The notes under the pieces were generated by a model, which was given only the letters and a program-made list of their open reading frames with translations, was not told where the DNA came from and ran no database searches. A stretch of DNA of 64,000 nt from an uncultured Pseudomonadales bacterium (lineage in GTDB: Bacteria; Pseudomonadota; Gammaproteobacteria; Pseudomonadales; Pseudohongiellaceae), in NCBI GenBank assembly GCA_943789485.1, contig CALSUH010000013.1, forward strand, positions 60,824 through 124,823, written 5' to 3'. The translations under genes and the position numbers were made by a program. This document shows positions 1 through 8,192 of the stretch, one piece after another (position 1 is the stretch's first letter; each line of letters opens with the position of its first letter).

Positions 1-18
1 AAAAACAATAAAAATTTT

Positions 19-464
19 TTGACTGAAATGGGTGCTAGCGAAGTGCTGATCTCAGAAGATGATAATTTCCCATCGATGATAAGAGAGGTGACGGGTGGTG
101 ATGGCGTAGATATTGTTTTTGACCCTATCAATGGGCACTTTTTTTATCAATACCTTTACTCACTGGCCAATAATGCCCCGAATAATTTTGTACGGAGGTA
201 TTGATGATTCAACAGTGGCACTTAATCTTGAGACTCAACTTGAGCTAACCAAGAAAAATGCTACCTTGCGATTTTTTTTCTGTTCAAAACTATACTCACG
301 ACATGGATGAAGCTGTCGAATTTATTGAAGGTGGATTTACGAGTGGAAATTTAGTACCAGTCATTGACAGGACATTTGCTTTTGAAGATTTTCTAGACGC
401 TTATGCCTATATGGCATCGAAAAGGGACAAGCACGGTAAAATTGTCTTAATCCTAAACGAGTAG
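19..464 (+). pseudogene. Quinone oxidoreductase / Zn-alcohol-dehydrogenase-like (MDR superfamily) gene, 3' part, interrupted by two +1 frameshifts; 5' end lies outside the window
   Basis: ORFs 19..204, 113..310 and 258..464 (frames 1, 2, 3) read as one continuous MDR C-terminus: ..GGDGVDIVFDPINGHFF / INTFTHWPIMPRIILYGGIDD..ATLRFFF / SVQNYTHDMDEAVEFIEGGFTSGNLVPVIDRTFAFEDFLDAYAYMASKRDKHGKIVLILNE. The frame changes coincide with a T7 run (139-145) and a T8 run (272-279). Confidence 0.6.
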
Positions 465-738
465 AAAACTTTCAGATTATTGATTATTTTATTCCCGAGG
501 AAAGAAATTCGACAGAAGCGGAAAAGGCATATGCTTATTTATATGAGCTAGCTATTGAAGATAGGGTCAATTCAACTAACTAAAAACGAGTGCTTGATTT
601 TACAGCTGAAAATATGAATTTGAGTAAAGATCAAATTGAGGAGATAGAAATTAATTTTAGCTAAAAATACGGCCAGTGAATTTCGGAAACCGATGACTCA
701 GCCCACCATACCGCTTCACTAACTAAAGGAGCGTCACA

Positions 739-906
739 ATGCTTATAGATTCATCTGACCGTTACATCACCATCAAAGAAGTCTCCGCCAAGCTGGGGCT
801 AGATAAGCCCATCATCTACGCTAGGGTTCAGGCCGGCAAATGGAATGACTGGCCAAAGGGAAGTCCATGCTGGCTATCAGTGGGTTTATACTCGGCAACC
901 TTGTAA
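739..906 (+). CDS. AlpA/excisionase-like helix-turn-helix protein (55 aa)
   Basis: ATG at 739 is preceded by AAAGGA. The product is MLIDSSDRYITIKEVSAKLGLDKPIIYARVQAGKWNDWPKG.., and the segment RYITIKEV-x5-L-x4-IY-x4-AGKW matches the AlpA/MerR-type excisionase HTH pattern. It is too short for the ORF track. Confidence 0.4.
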   Translation: MLIDSSDRYITIKEVSAKLGLDKPIIYARVQAGKWNDWPKGSPCWLSVGLYSATL

Positions 907-1488
907 TCTTTGTATTTGACTTGGCAATAGACTGATCAAAACTAGTCGAGCACATCTAAAAAGTCTACGTTTTTATACAGGGTATTAAGGTGACTGTGGC
1001 CTGCTGACTGTAATTAGTGTTGTCATCCTGTAGTGGTTAAGTAAATTTAGCCACTACAAAGGGCAAAATAGAACTGATGTGGATCGGTCACAGTTCATGC
1101 GGTGGGCTGCCTAACTAATCGGCCCAGTCTTCCTACTATTAAGGGCACAATTTACGGAGACAATTCGAGCATGAGTAGCAAAGCCTTATTCCAACAGTTC
1201 TCTCGTAGCGCGGCCCGCCGGCGATAGCATTGCGGCTTTTCCCTGGTTCCGGCCTAAATTCGCCATCACTGTTTTTGATGGTTTTTATCTCTGTTTTTTC
1301 GCTGGGCGCGCTCTTGCAGCCGTATCGTCCTCGATTGAAGCCCACAGTGACCTGCACTTGATCGTTCAACTGCTCTACCATCTTTGGTTAGCTCGGTGAT
1401 TTTTTCTTTTCTCAGTCGTGGGCTGGCTGTTTGGCATTGCACTGCTGCTTGGGTCAAGAGCGGCTGATTTTCTCGTCGGGTTATTTGA

Positions 1489-2400
1489 TTGTCCGAAAGG
1501 ACTCTTTTTGGCATTGGCTTCAGCACGTATTTTGTTGCCGGCTCGCTAACGGACTTCGCATGGAACGCAGCCAAAACAACAGCGTCAGATGCTCGCTTAG
1601 ACTCCCACATTAGCTTCCGTTATCAACAAGAAACCATCACCTGTGGCACTAACGTAACAGCCGAAGAGGCGGAACAAACTCACAAAAAAATTCAGCAACA
1701 GGCTTTAAACCAGGCGCCGAGCACAGCCCTGCTCGTTAAGATCCAGTCACATGAAAAAACGACTAAACAGATAATTGCCGCACAAAAGCGGCGCCACCAA
1801 ACCGTTAGCCTTTCAAAAACGCCGCCGTCTGTTCTTGCATTAATACTGGTGAACGCATTGCCCATTGTCGGGGTTTTGTTCTTAGACTGGACAATCGTCG
1901 AGGTCATTGTGCTCTATTGGTCTGAAAGTGCCGTGATCGGCATTTTTAACCTCTTCAAAATGTGGCTGATCGACCCTTGGGCGTCATTGATAGCAGCGCC
2001 TTTTTTCACCTTTCATTACGGCGGGTTTATGGCTAGTCACTTGCTACTTGTATATATCTTTGTATTACCCCAGGGGGGCCTGGCGACAGAGTTTTGGGAA
2101 GGCGGCTACGTTGTATCATTCTTCACACTGTCTTTTTTGGCACTGTTCGTGAGTCACGGACTCTCTTTCTTTCAGAATTTTATTGGCCGAATAGAATTCG
2201 TCGACAGAGACATCCGCGAGCAAATGGGTGAGCCCTATAGCCGCATCCTAATCATGCAATGTTCTTTATTACTCGGCGGGGTCATAGCGGGGGCGTTTGA
2301 TAGCGCTCTGCCAATCTTGCTGTTATTGATTTTGTTGAAAGCCGTAACCGACTTACGCGCACACCTTTTGGAGCATAAAACTGAGCTGAACTCTGGATGA
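1489..2400 (+). CDS. Polytopic membrane protein of unknown function (DUF6498-like C-terminal two thirds)
   Basis: 303-aa ORF whose only in-frame start is TTG at 1489. The C-terminal part has several hydrophobic helices (LALILVNALPIVGVLFLDWTIVEVIVLYWSESAVIGIFNLFKMW..). The family name comes from memory of that motif. Confidence 0.5.
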   Translation: MSERTLFGIGFSTYFVAGSLTDFAWNAAKTTASDARLDSHISFRYQQETITCGTNVTAEEAEQTHKKIQQQALNQAPSTALLVKIQSHEKTTKQIIAAQKRRHQTVSLSKTPPSVLALILVNALPIVGVLFLDWTIVEVIVLYWSESAVIGIFNLFKMWLIDPWASLIAAPFFTFHYGGFMASHLLLVYIFVLPQGGLATEFWEGGYVVSFFTLSFLALFVSHGLSFFQNFIGRIEFVDRDIREQMGEPYSRILIMQCSLLLGGVIAGAFDSALPILLLLILLKAVTDLRAHLLEHKTELNSG

Positions 2401-2777
2401 AGAGAACGGCTTGAGGATCGTTAAAAATCGTAGACTGAATCGCTATCACTTTACTAGGCACCTTTCAGTCATACAAAATGGCTGATGAAGACCTTTCTTC
2501 TGATACAAGAACTTTCATGGATTTATAAGAACCAGAGTTCCTCTTCGAGCATACAACCGTCGAGAATCATCTAACATTCCCGCCTATGTCTACGCTCCCG
2601 TCAGTGATAATTCCATCATTTTATGAGCCTCTGACTCTGATGGTTTAGAGTTTTCTGACAGTGCTTATACAGATCAAACTACTCTCGCCGTTGTTGCGAA
2701 TTGGTTTAGTGAACAGTCATTTTTTTTTGCCAAGGACTACGAACTAATTTTTGCATCCATATATCCTTAATTAAGTC

Positions 2778-2838
2778 TTACAACTCGTCCACAATAGTAT
2801 GTCTGCGTGTGAGATCGATCCATTCTGACTTATCGGGG
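2778..2838 (-). repeat. Family-A intergenic repeat, copy 1
   Basis: + strand reads ttacaac-tcgt-CCACAATAGTATGTctgcgtgtgagatcgatCCATTCTGACTTATCGGGG. It shares the CCAGAATAGT..CCATTCTGAnTTAnnGGGG frame with the other copies. Polarity is assigned relative to the flanking minus-strand genes. Confidence 0.7.
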
Positions 2839-3048
2839 TGTGACTCTAGGATGGAGTGCTGGCAGGGCGGTATGTGTAGGGGGGAGGCTAGCCTCCGGTA
2901 CTATTCACCAAGCCCCCCCCTGCTTTATTATCTTAAACCCTTCTTCATCAGAGGTAACATCTGAATCAGTCTCAAACGGTATTGGTTCGCAGCCAAGCAA
3001 CACAACCATTAACAAGGGTAATAGAACTAGCTTGATACCTAACTCATT

Positions 3049-3933
3049 CTAATCTAACAAATATTTTTGAAACCAAGCCAAACGAGCATTATTTGCCAAG
3101 ATTGCGTCTTCACCCCTGAAACCATGCTCCGCTCCGGGAATCACAATTAGTTCAGACTCAACCTGATGATTCTCGAACTGCTTCTTAATAGCATATGAAT
3201 GAGTGACATTAACTAAGGGATCAGCATCACCATGAACAAGAAGCGTAGGAGGGTCTCCAGCATCTACGAAAAGTATTGGAGCTACTGAAGGTATTAATTC
3301 TTCATCAAAGTCTAAAGCAGGAAACCTGCCTAAAAGTTCTTCTTGAGATACTGCATTAACGATACCCACCGCAGCAGACTCAGCCTCCCTGAATTCTACA
3401 GGAGGAAAATAAGCCACGACCGCTGCAACGGAATTGCCAATTTGCATTATCTCATCCGAATCATCAATCATGCCCGAATCAGAATCTAAGCCCGCCATTA
3501 AGGCAAGATGGCCACCAGCGCTTCCTCCAGTTACCCCTATTCTCTCTGAATCAATACCGAATCGCTCCGCATTCATTTTGATATGTCTAATTGCTCGGCT
3601 GACGTCAGAATAAGCGTCTGGAATGTGGTATCTCGGAGCACTTCCATGATAAACGGGAATCATCGTGAAACCAGCGTCAAGCATATCAGCGAATTGACGA
3701 GCTCGGTTTTCCGGAGGTGCCCATGATGAGTACCAGCCACCACTCATCATAAAAACGATCGCCGCCCCATTCGCATTCTCTGGCTGCAGAACGTCATACA
3801 CCAGGGCCATTCCATCTTTATGACCATAAACGATATCTGAGTCAAAGGTTACCTGCGCATGACTTATCAAGCCTGTGCCTATAAACCCAAACACTATTAA
3901 TAATTTTTCTGCTTTTCTAATAATTATACTCAC
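3049..3933 (-). CDS. Secreted alpha/beta hydrolase (esterase/lipase type, GGSAGG nucleophile elbow)
   Basis: ORF 3049..3981. The likely start is GTG at 3933, preceded by GAGGA. Signal-like N-terminus (LLIVFGFIGTGLISHAQ), Ser motif IGVTGGSAGGHLAL, and C-terminal HGDADPLV / GAEHGF. Confidence 0.8.
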   Translation of the reverse strand: MSIIIRKAEKLLIVFGFIGTGLISHAQVTFDSDIVYGHKDGMALVYDVLQPENANGAAIVFMMSGGWYSSWAPPENRARQFADMLDAGFTMIPVYHGSAPRYHIPDAYSDVSRAIRHIKMNAERFGIDSERIGVTGGSAGGHLALMAGLDSDSGMIDDSDEIMQIGNSVAAVVAYFPPVEFREAESAAVGIVNAVSQEELLGRFPALDFDEELIPSVAPILFVDAGDPPTLLVHGDADPLVNVTHSYAIKKQFENHQVESELIVIPGAEHGFRGEDAILANNARLAWFQKYLLD

Positions 3934-3990
3934 GCTTTTAATTTCCTCTAAGTAGGTACCCTGGCGAATAAAGCAAACCAAGTGGTATTA

Positions 3991-4053
3991 GCTAATACTT
4001 CGTAAAGAATAGTATGTATAGGGATGCAATGGAACCATTCTGACTTATCGGGG
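3991..4053 (-). repeat. Family-A intergenic repeat, copy 2
   Basis: + strand reads gctaatacttcgtAAAGAATAGTATGTATAGGGATGCAATGGAACCATTCTGACTTATCGGGG. It lies 58 bp upstream (gene strand) of the hydrolase start at 3933. Confidence 0.8.
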
Positions 4054-4348
4054 CAATGGTTGGGCGGTTTGTGAGAAAGTGCTGGACGCACTCATATAGG
4101 GCTATTCAGGTTTGATAGCGAAGAGAGCCTAGGCATGCGTACGACCTCTATCAGCCCCAAACAGGTCTCAATACCCCAATATCCTCGGTCAAGCCTCATC
4201 GAAGACCCGTTATTAAAATTTGCATGCACTACTTGTGTGAAGCGTTCGTCATCCCTTTCAAAAGTATGTATACAGTTATCAGCAGTACAAACATAAGTCT
4301 CTGCATTTGCAGCAACAGAAAAGTATGGTATTTGAAAACCCAGTTCCT

Positions 4349-4389
4349 CACCGCCGTTCGTCCAAAATAATATGTAGGAGCAGCACGGG
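4349..4389 (-). repeat. Family-A intergenic repeat, degenerate copy 2b
   Basis: caccgCCGTTCGTCCAAAATAATATGTAGGAGCAGCACGGG aligns with copy 6 (aaCCGTTCGTCCAGAATAGTCTGTATAGGGCTGCGATGG). The distal half has diverged. Confidence 0.45.
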
Positions 4390-4448
4390 CTGTCTATACA
4401 GAATTTCAGATGACTGAGCGCTATAGAGGCGCTAATGGTGCAGGCTAG

Positions 4449-4586
4449 TTAGTCTTCATTTTCGCTAACATCTTTTCCTGCCTCTTCCACCTGCAATTTT
4501 TTTAGTTCATTCTGATATTCTTCCTCAGAAAGTGCATGCCAACCAATACATTTTCCCGTTGGACTTCTACCACACCCACATTCCAT
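4449..4586 (-). CDS. Cys-rich mini-protein (45 aa), unknown function
   Basis: ATG at 4586 is preceded by GAGGAG. The product is MECGCGRSPTGKCIGWHALSEEEYQNELKKLQVEEAGKDVSENED. It sits between repeat copies 2b and 3 and is below the 60-aa cut-off of the ORF track. Confidence 0.5.
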   Translation of the reverse strand: MECGCGRSPTGKCIGWHALSEEEYQNELKKLQVEEAGKDVSENED

Positions 4587-4621
4587 AATTAACTCCTCAA
4601 CCTTGCCTTGTTTTTAGAAAA

Positions 4622-4676
4622 ACCTAACCATACGCCCAGAATAGTCTGTATAGAGGAGAGATGGAACCATCGTCTG
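4622..4676 (-). repeat. Family-A intergenic repeat, copy 3
   Basis: + strand reads ACCTAAC-catacgc-CCAGAATAGTCTGTATAGAGGAGAGATGGAACCATCGTCTG. It lies between the stop of the phosphotransferase gene (4726) and the start of the mini-ORF (4586). Confidence 0.8.
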
Positions 4677-4725
4677 CTTCGCCAACCTTAATCGCGCCTA
4701 GCACGGGACTATGGCATGCAATAAG

Positions 4726-5724
4726 CTATACCAGCAAAGAATGTGATCTCCCCAGCAGAGATTCCATGGAGTCCTTGGAGGTTTCCCACATTGGGTCATC
4801 GCGCTTGCCGCGACGATGTAGCATCAAGTTGAAACCGGTAATGATAGCAAACTTGTAAGAGGCCAACGCGCGATACCAATTAATGTCCGGCAGCTCCTCT
4901 GCATACGCGTCCACATACATAGCAATCAACTCATCGGCTTGCGGCATGAAGTGCCCTCGATGACCAGAGTCGTTCCAGGCAAGCGGGTCGTTGAAGGTAG
5001 CAAACCAACCAATATCGTTGAGCACCGGGCCGATGCCAACCAACTCCCAATCGATCACGGCAAGCAACTTACCCGTCTTCGCGAAGAACAGATTTGACCA
5101 CTGGAAGTCGCCGTGGAAGATGCCAATTGGGGCGCTAACCGGCAGTTTAGCTAAGAGTAACTTACGTACTTCCGGCACCAATGCCAAACTGTGTGGTTCT
5201 GCCGCCTTCTCGACGAAGCGGTCCCAGCGCACCACATCGTCCTCGAAGGCCATCGGCTCACCCAAGTAGTGCGCCTGGCGCCAATCCATGCGGTGGATTT
5301 TTACCAACGCGTCGATAGCCTGCTGTGCCATCCCAACTCGCGCAGATTTCTCAAGCGCTTCAACCCAGCCATCGCCCGTGAGCTTCACCACGTCGCCTTC
5401 TAACTGCGGCACTATGAAATAGGGACGACCAAACCATTGCGGATCATCCCCCGACCACTTAACCGTGCAGTGAGGAACCGAGTCTGGCATCACTGATAGC
5501 GCCGCGACCTGACGCAGCACGTCGGCAGTTCCCTGCAGTTTCACGCCCGGTGGAGGCAGGCGTATATACCATTTGTCTAAAGCGGAAGCTGTCTGCACGG
5601 AGAAGCCATAGGCAAAGCCGGCATGACCGGGCATCTTAAACACGTCCTTAACTTCTACCGCGTCATCTTGATAGTGGGCAAAACTAAATGAAATAAGTCG
5701 CCGCTGTAATTCTTCTAGTTCCAA
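4726..5724 (-). CDS. Phosphotransferase enzyme family protein (APH / choline-kinase-like fold)
   Basis: 332 aa. Brenner-type catalytic motif GIFHGDFQWSNLFF, followed by AVIDWELVGIGP. Confidence 0.8.
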   Translation of the reverse strand: MELEELQRRLISFSFAHYQDDAVEVKDVFKMPGHAGFAYGFSVQTASALDKWYIRLPPPGVKLQGTADVLRQVAALSVMPDSVPHCTVKWSGDDPQWFGRPYFIVPQLEGDVVKLTGDGWVEALEKSARVGMAQQAIDALVKIHRMDWRQAHYLGEPMAFEDDVVRWDRFVEKAAEPHSLALVPEVRKLLLAKLPVSAPIGIFHGDFQWSNLFFAKTGKLLAVIDWELVGIGPVLNDIGWFATFNDPLAWNDSGHRGHFMPQADELIAMYVDAYAEELPDINWYRALASYKFAIITGFNLMLHRRGKRDDPMWETSKDSMESLLGRSHSLLV

Positions 5725-5769
5725 GTTAACCTCATTGCATCAATCGGCAGTATAGCGAATACACCCTGT

Positions 5770-5833
5770 AGCCAACCGCTCCCCCACAATAGTATGTGTA
5801 CGGGTGCGATGGAACCTTTCTGCGTAAATGGGG
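5770..5833 (-). repeat. Family-A intergenic repeat, copy 4
   Basis: + strand reads AGCCAAC-cgctccc-CCACAATAGTATGTGTACGGGTGCGATGGAACCTTTCTGCGTAAATGGGG. It lies between the SMP-30 stop (5929) and the phosphotransferase start (5724). Confidence 0.8.
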
Positions 5834-5928
5834 ACCCCGGGGCGCAGGCTGGACGCTTACTAGGAAATACGGGGCGGGTACGAGAGCCTAGTTTCACGGG
5901 TCACCATGTTCTGTTTTCCTTGGGCTGG

Positions 5929-6957
5929 CTATGGAATTACACCACTAGTGCTTAACCGAATCCGATACAGCCCGGTTCTTGCGGTCATATATAGTGTGCT
6001 CCCATCATCGCCCCAAGCCACATTGGCTGGCACTTCTTCAGGTTTGATGGTGCCCAGATGATTACCGTCGGAATCGATAATCCATACACCGCCGGGGCCT
6101 GAGGCGAATAGGTTGCCATCGACATCAACCTTTAGGCCATCTGCCGCGCCAGTCTCGTTTTGATTGTTAGCATCAACAAACACGCGTCCGTCCCCGAGAC
6201 TGCCATCGTCCAAAACGTCATAAGCCATCCAGCCCATTTTGGCTCCATCGGAATTGGCTACATACAGTGTCTTCTCATCCGGGGAGAAGGCTATGCCGTT
6301 AGGGCGGGATTGTCCCGATTCGAGCAGGTCAAGCTGACCATCTGGGTGCAGACGATAGATACCATTAAAATCCAGTTCTCGCGCCGGGTCATCTTCTAAT
6401 CTGGCAAGTCCGTAGGGTGGATCAGTGAAATAAAGAGAGCCATCGGAATGCCAGGCCGAATCGTTGGGGCTGTTCAACCTCTTACCTTGATAATTATCTG
6501 CCAGCGTAGTGATAGTGCCGTCTCGCTCTCGACGCGATACTCGCCGATTACCGTGTTCAAGTAGTATTAGTAGACTCTCTGAGTTGATGTTCAGGCCATT
6601 GGAGCCCACAGAAGAGGAGTCACTCTCTCCCTCGAATACCGGATCCATAAAAGTGCGCAGACCATTCACGTCATCCCATAAATGAATAGCATTACTACGA
6701 AGGTCACTGAACATTAAATGTTGCTGTCTCTGGTGCCAAACCGGCCCTTCGGTGAAGGCAAATCCTCCTGCAAGTTTTTCTATAATAGCCCCGGCTGGAA
6801 TCAATGCATTTACTTTTGAATCTGCCCGATAAACATCACCTGCGCCGGCAGTTTCAGTGACGGCTTGAAACGCAGCCATCTGATTACATGCTGATAATGA
6901 GAGCAAAGAGATGAGGAGTAAAAAAGGCCTGGGAGACTTAATTAGGGGCTTATTCAT
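5929..6957 (-). CDS. SMP-30/gluconolactonase/LRE-family lipoprotein
   Basis: 342 aa. Lipobox LSLSAC. Beta-propeller hallmarks FTEGPVW, RLNSPNDSAW, YFTDPPYG, RPNGIAFSPDEKTLYV, DGLKVDVDGN. Confidence 0.85.
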   Translation of the reverse strand: MNKPLIKSPRPFLLLISLLSLSACNQMAAFQAVTETAGAGDVYRADSKVNALIPAGAIIEKLAGGFAFTEGPVWHQRQQHLMFSDLRSNAIHLWDDVNGLRTFMDPVFEGESDSSSVGSNGLNINSESLLILLEHGNRRVSRRERDGTITTLADNYQGKRLNSPNDSAWHSDGSLYFTDPPYGLARLEDDPARELDFNGIYRLHPDGQLDLLESGQSRPNGIAFSPDEKTLYVANSDGAKMGWMAYDVLDDGSLGDGRVFVDANNQNETGAADGLKVDVDGNLFASGPGGVWIIDSDGNHLGTIKPEEVPANVAWGDDGSTLYMTARTGLYRIRLSTSGVIP

Positions 6958-7192
6958 TCGAGTATCCTATTGTAGTTTTTCAAAAAACTATCTAATTAGC
7001 AGAGCAAGTCAGTCTTTTTTCCCAAACTAACACAAATCTATATGATGAGGGAGGTTCGAACGCTCTATTCCCTTGCTCTAGCAATCGCCTGTTCTATTCA
7101 AAGTCCTGACTATTAGGGCCCCCTGCAAACCCAATAAGCCGCAGGAAGATAGATTTGGAGCTGAGTAGTTTCATAGCTTTGTTCTCAGGGAT

Positions 7193-7253
7193 ACCTAACC
7201 ATAGTCCAGAATAGTATGAAGAGAGACGCGGGCCTTTATTTGAGAAAAGGGGG
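7193..7253 (-). repeat. Family-A intergenic repeat, copy 5 (distal half diverged)
   Basis: + strand reads ACCTAAC-catagt-CCAGAATAGTATGaagagagacgcgggcctttatttgagaaaaGGGGG. It shares the upstream tctcagggata with copy 6. Confidence 0.6.
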
Positions 7254-7547
7254 TACCGCGGGAGTTGGGCCTGGGGGATCTGATATTAGTTCTTAGCAAT
7301 GTTGGATTGCTGGTTTTCGGGAGTAGCAAAAACAACTGGAGGTACTTTTGGGAGTATGCATCCAGACACAAATTTTTATTACTATCTATAACAGATAGTT
7401 GCATCTTCAATGCAGTAGCACCCATTGCCACCCTATTTAATCTATATTTGAATAGCTACAAATCACCCCTTCGGTACTCATCTTTCAATACTAAGCATGG
7501 GTTACCGTAGGGATATTTTCGTACGATAATTTAGCATCTACTGCCTC

Positions 7548-7624
7548 AACCAAGCCCGAAGATACCCTCCCTCTACAAAACAGGAACACCCCCTCGTCTA
7601 TTTGGAACTTCAGTGGCAACACAT
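7548..7624. repeat. Family-B direct repeat, copy 1
   Basis: aaccaagcccgaagataccctccctctacAAAACAGGAACACCCCCTCGTCTATttggaacttcagtggcaacacatt. The 25-nt core at 7577-7601 is identical to 9839-9863. Confidence 0.8.
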
Positions 7625-7786
7625 TGTGTACAACTAATATTCAAGACATTCACAGGTTGATCAAACTCCAGCTGCTTGGAAATAACTACCGGGGCTGATC
7701 CGATTCGGCTATTCCAGCGTTTATTGATTATCGGTAGCTAATAGCAAGAAATGCAACAACAAAATCAGATCACTATGGAGAACACA

Positions 7787-8164
7787 ATGAACAGAAATTT
7801 CTACTCTGCCCTTCTCGTTTCAACATTACTTATCTTTCTATCATCCTGCGCGACGAATCCAAGCTCGTCTGTGGCAGATGGTACCTGGGATTTCACCATG
7901 AGCAGCCCCTTTGGAGCACTCACCGCCACGGTTATTATGACGGCCCAGGGCGATACACTGACTGGATCCTTTGATCTGGGTGACGGCCGCACCTGGCCGA
8001 TCGACGAAGGCGTAGCCCAAGGTAACGAGATCTCCTTCAGCCTTGACCGTGACGGTTCACCGATGGTCTACGATATGTCAGCCACCATAGAGGGTGATAG
8101 CATTAGCGGAACCGCCAGCGCCATGGGAACTGAAGTCCCTTGGACAATGACTCGCCGCAGCTAG
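7787..8164 (+). CDS. Small lipoprotein, unknown function
   Basis: ORF 7751..8164. The most plausible start is ATG at 7787 (GGAG upstream), giving MNRNFYSALLVSTLLIFLSSC (lipobox LSSC). Confidence 0.6.
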   Translation: MNRNFYSALLVSTLLIFLSSCATNPSSSVADGTWDFTMSSPFGALTATVIMTAQGDTLTGSFDLGDGRTWPIDEGVAQGNEISFSLDRDGSPMVYDMSATIEGDSISGTASAMGTEVPWTMTRRS

Positions 8165-8192
8165 TTTTGACATATCAAGGGGTAATGACAAC

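Noticed and set aside
1139-1610. Minus-strand ORFs 1139..1381 and 1266..1610, as a possible frameshifted integrase remnant next to the AlpA-like gene.
   Set aside because: The translations contain no recognisable tyrosine- or serine-recombinase motifs and overlap the start of the + strand membrane-protein ORF. They are treated as non-coding or undecided.
2840-3052. The + ORF 2840..3052, and an antisense 35-aa ORF with an LLGC lipobox-like motif in the same spacer.
   Set aside because: The + ORF lies in the G-rich tail of repeat copy 1 and looks compositional. The minus-strand peptide has no basic N-terminus and no ribosome-binding site.
4004-4053. A sigma-54 promoter reading of the family-A core on the gene strand (TGGTTCCATTGCAT resembles TGGCAC-N5-TTGCA).
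   Set aside because: The GG and GC dinucleotides are about 9 nt apart rather than the 12 nt required, and the spacing is the same in every copy. It does not fit the -24/-12 geometry.
4090-4440. A long stop-free minus-strand frame (..YFSVAANAETYVCTADNCIHTFERDDERFTQVVHANFNNGSSMRLDRGYWGIETCLGLIE..) between repeat copies 2 and 2b.
   Set aside because: It has no usable start codon and runs through the degenerate repeat and into the neighbouring mini-ORF. It is possibly a gene remnant, but I cannot support a call.
7040-7075. A tRNA-like T-loop sequence GGTTCGAAC in the spacer upstream of the SMP-30 gene.
   Set aside because: The flanking bases do not form a T-stem (GGAGG vs GCTCT), and no acceptor or anticodon arms can be drawn.
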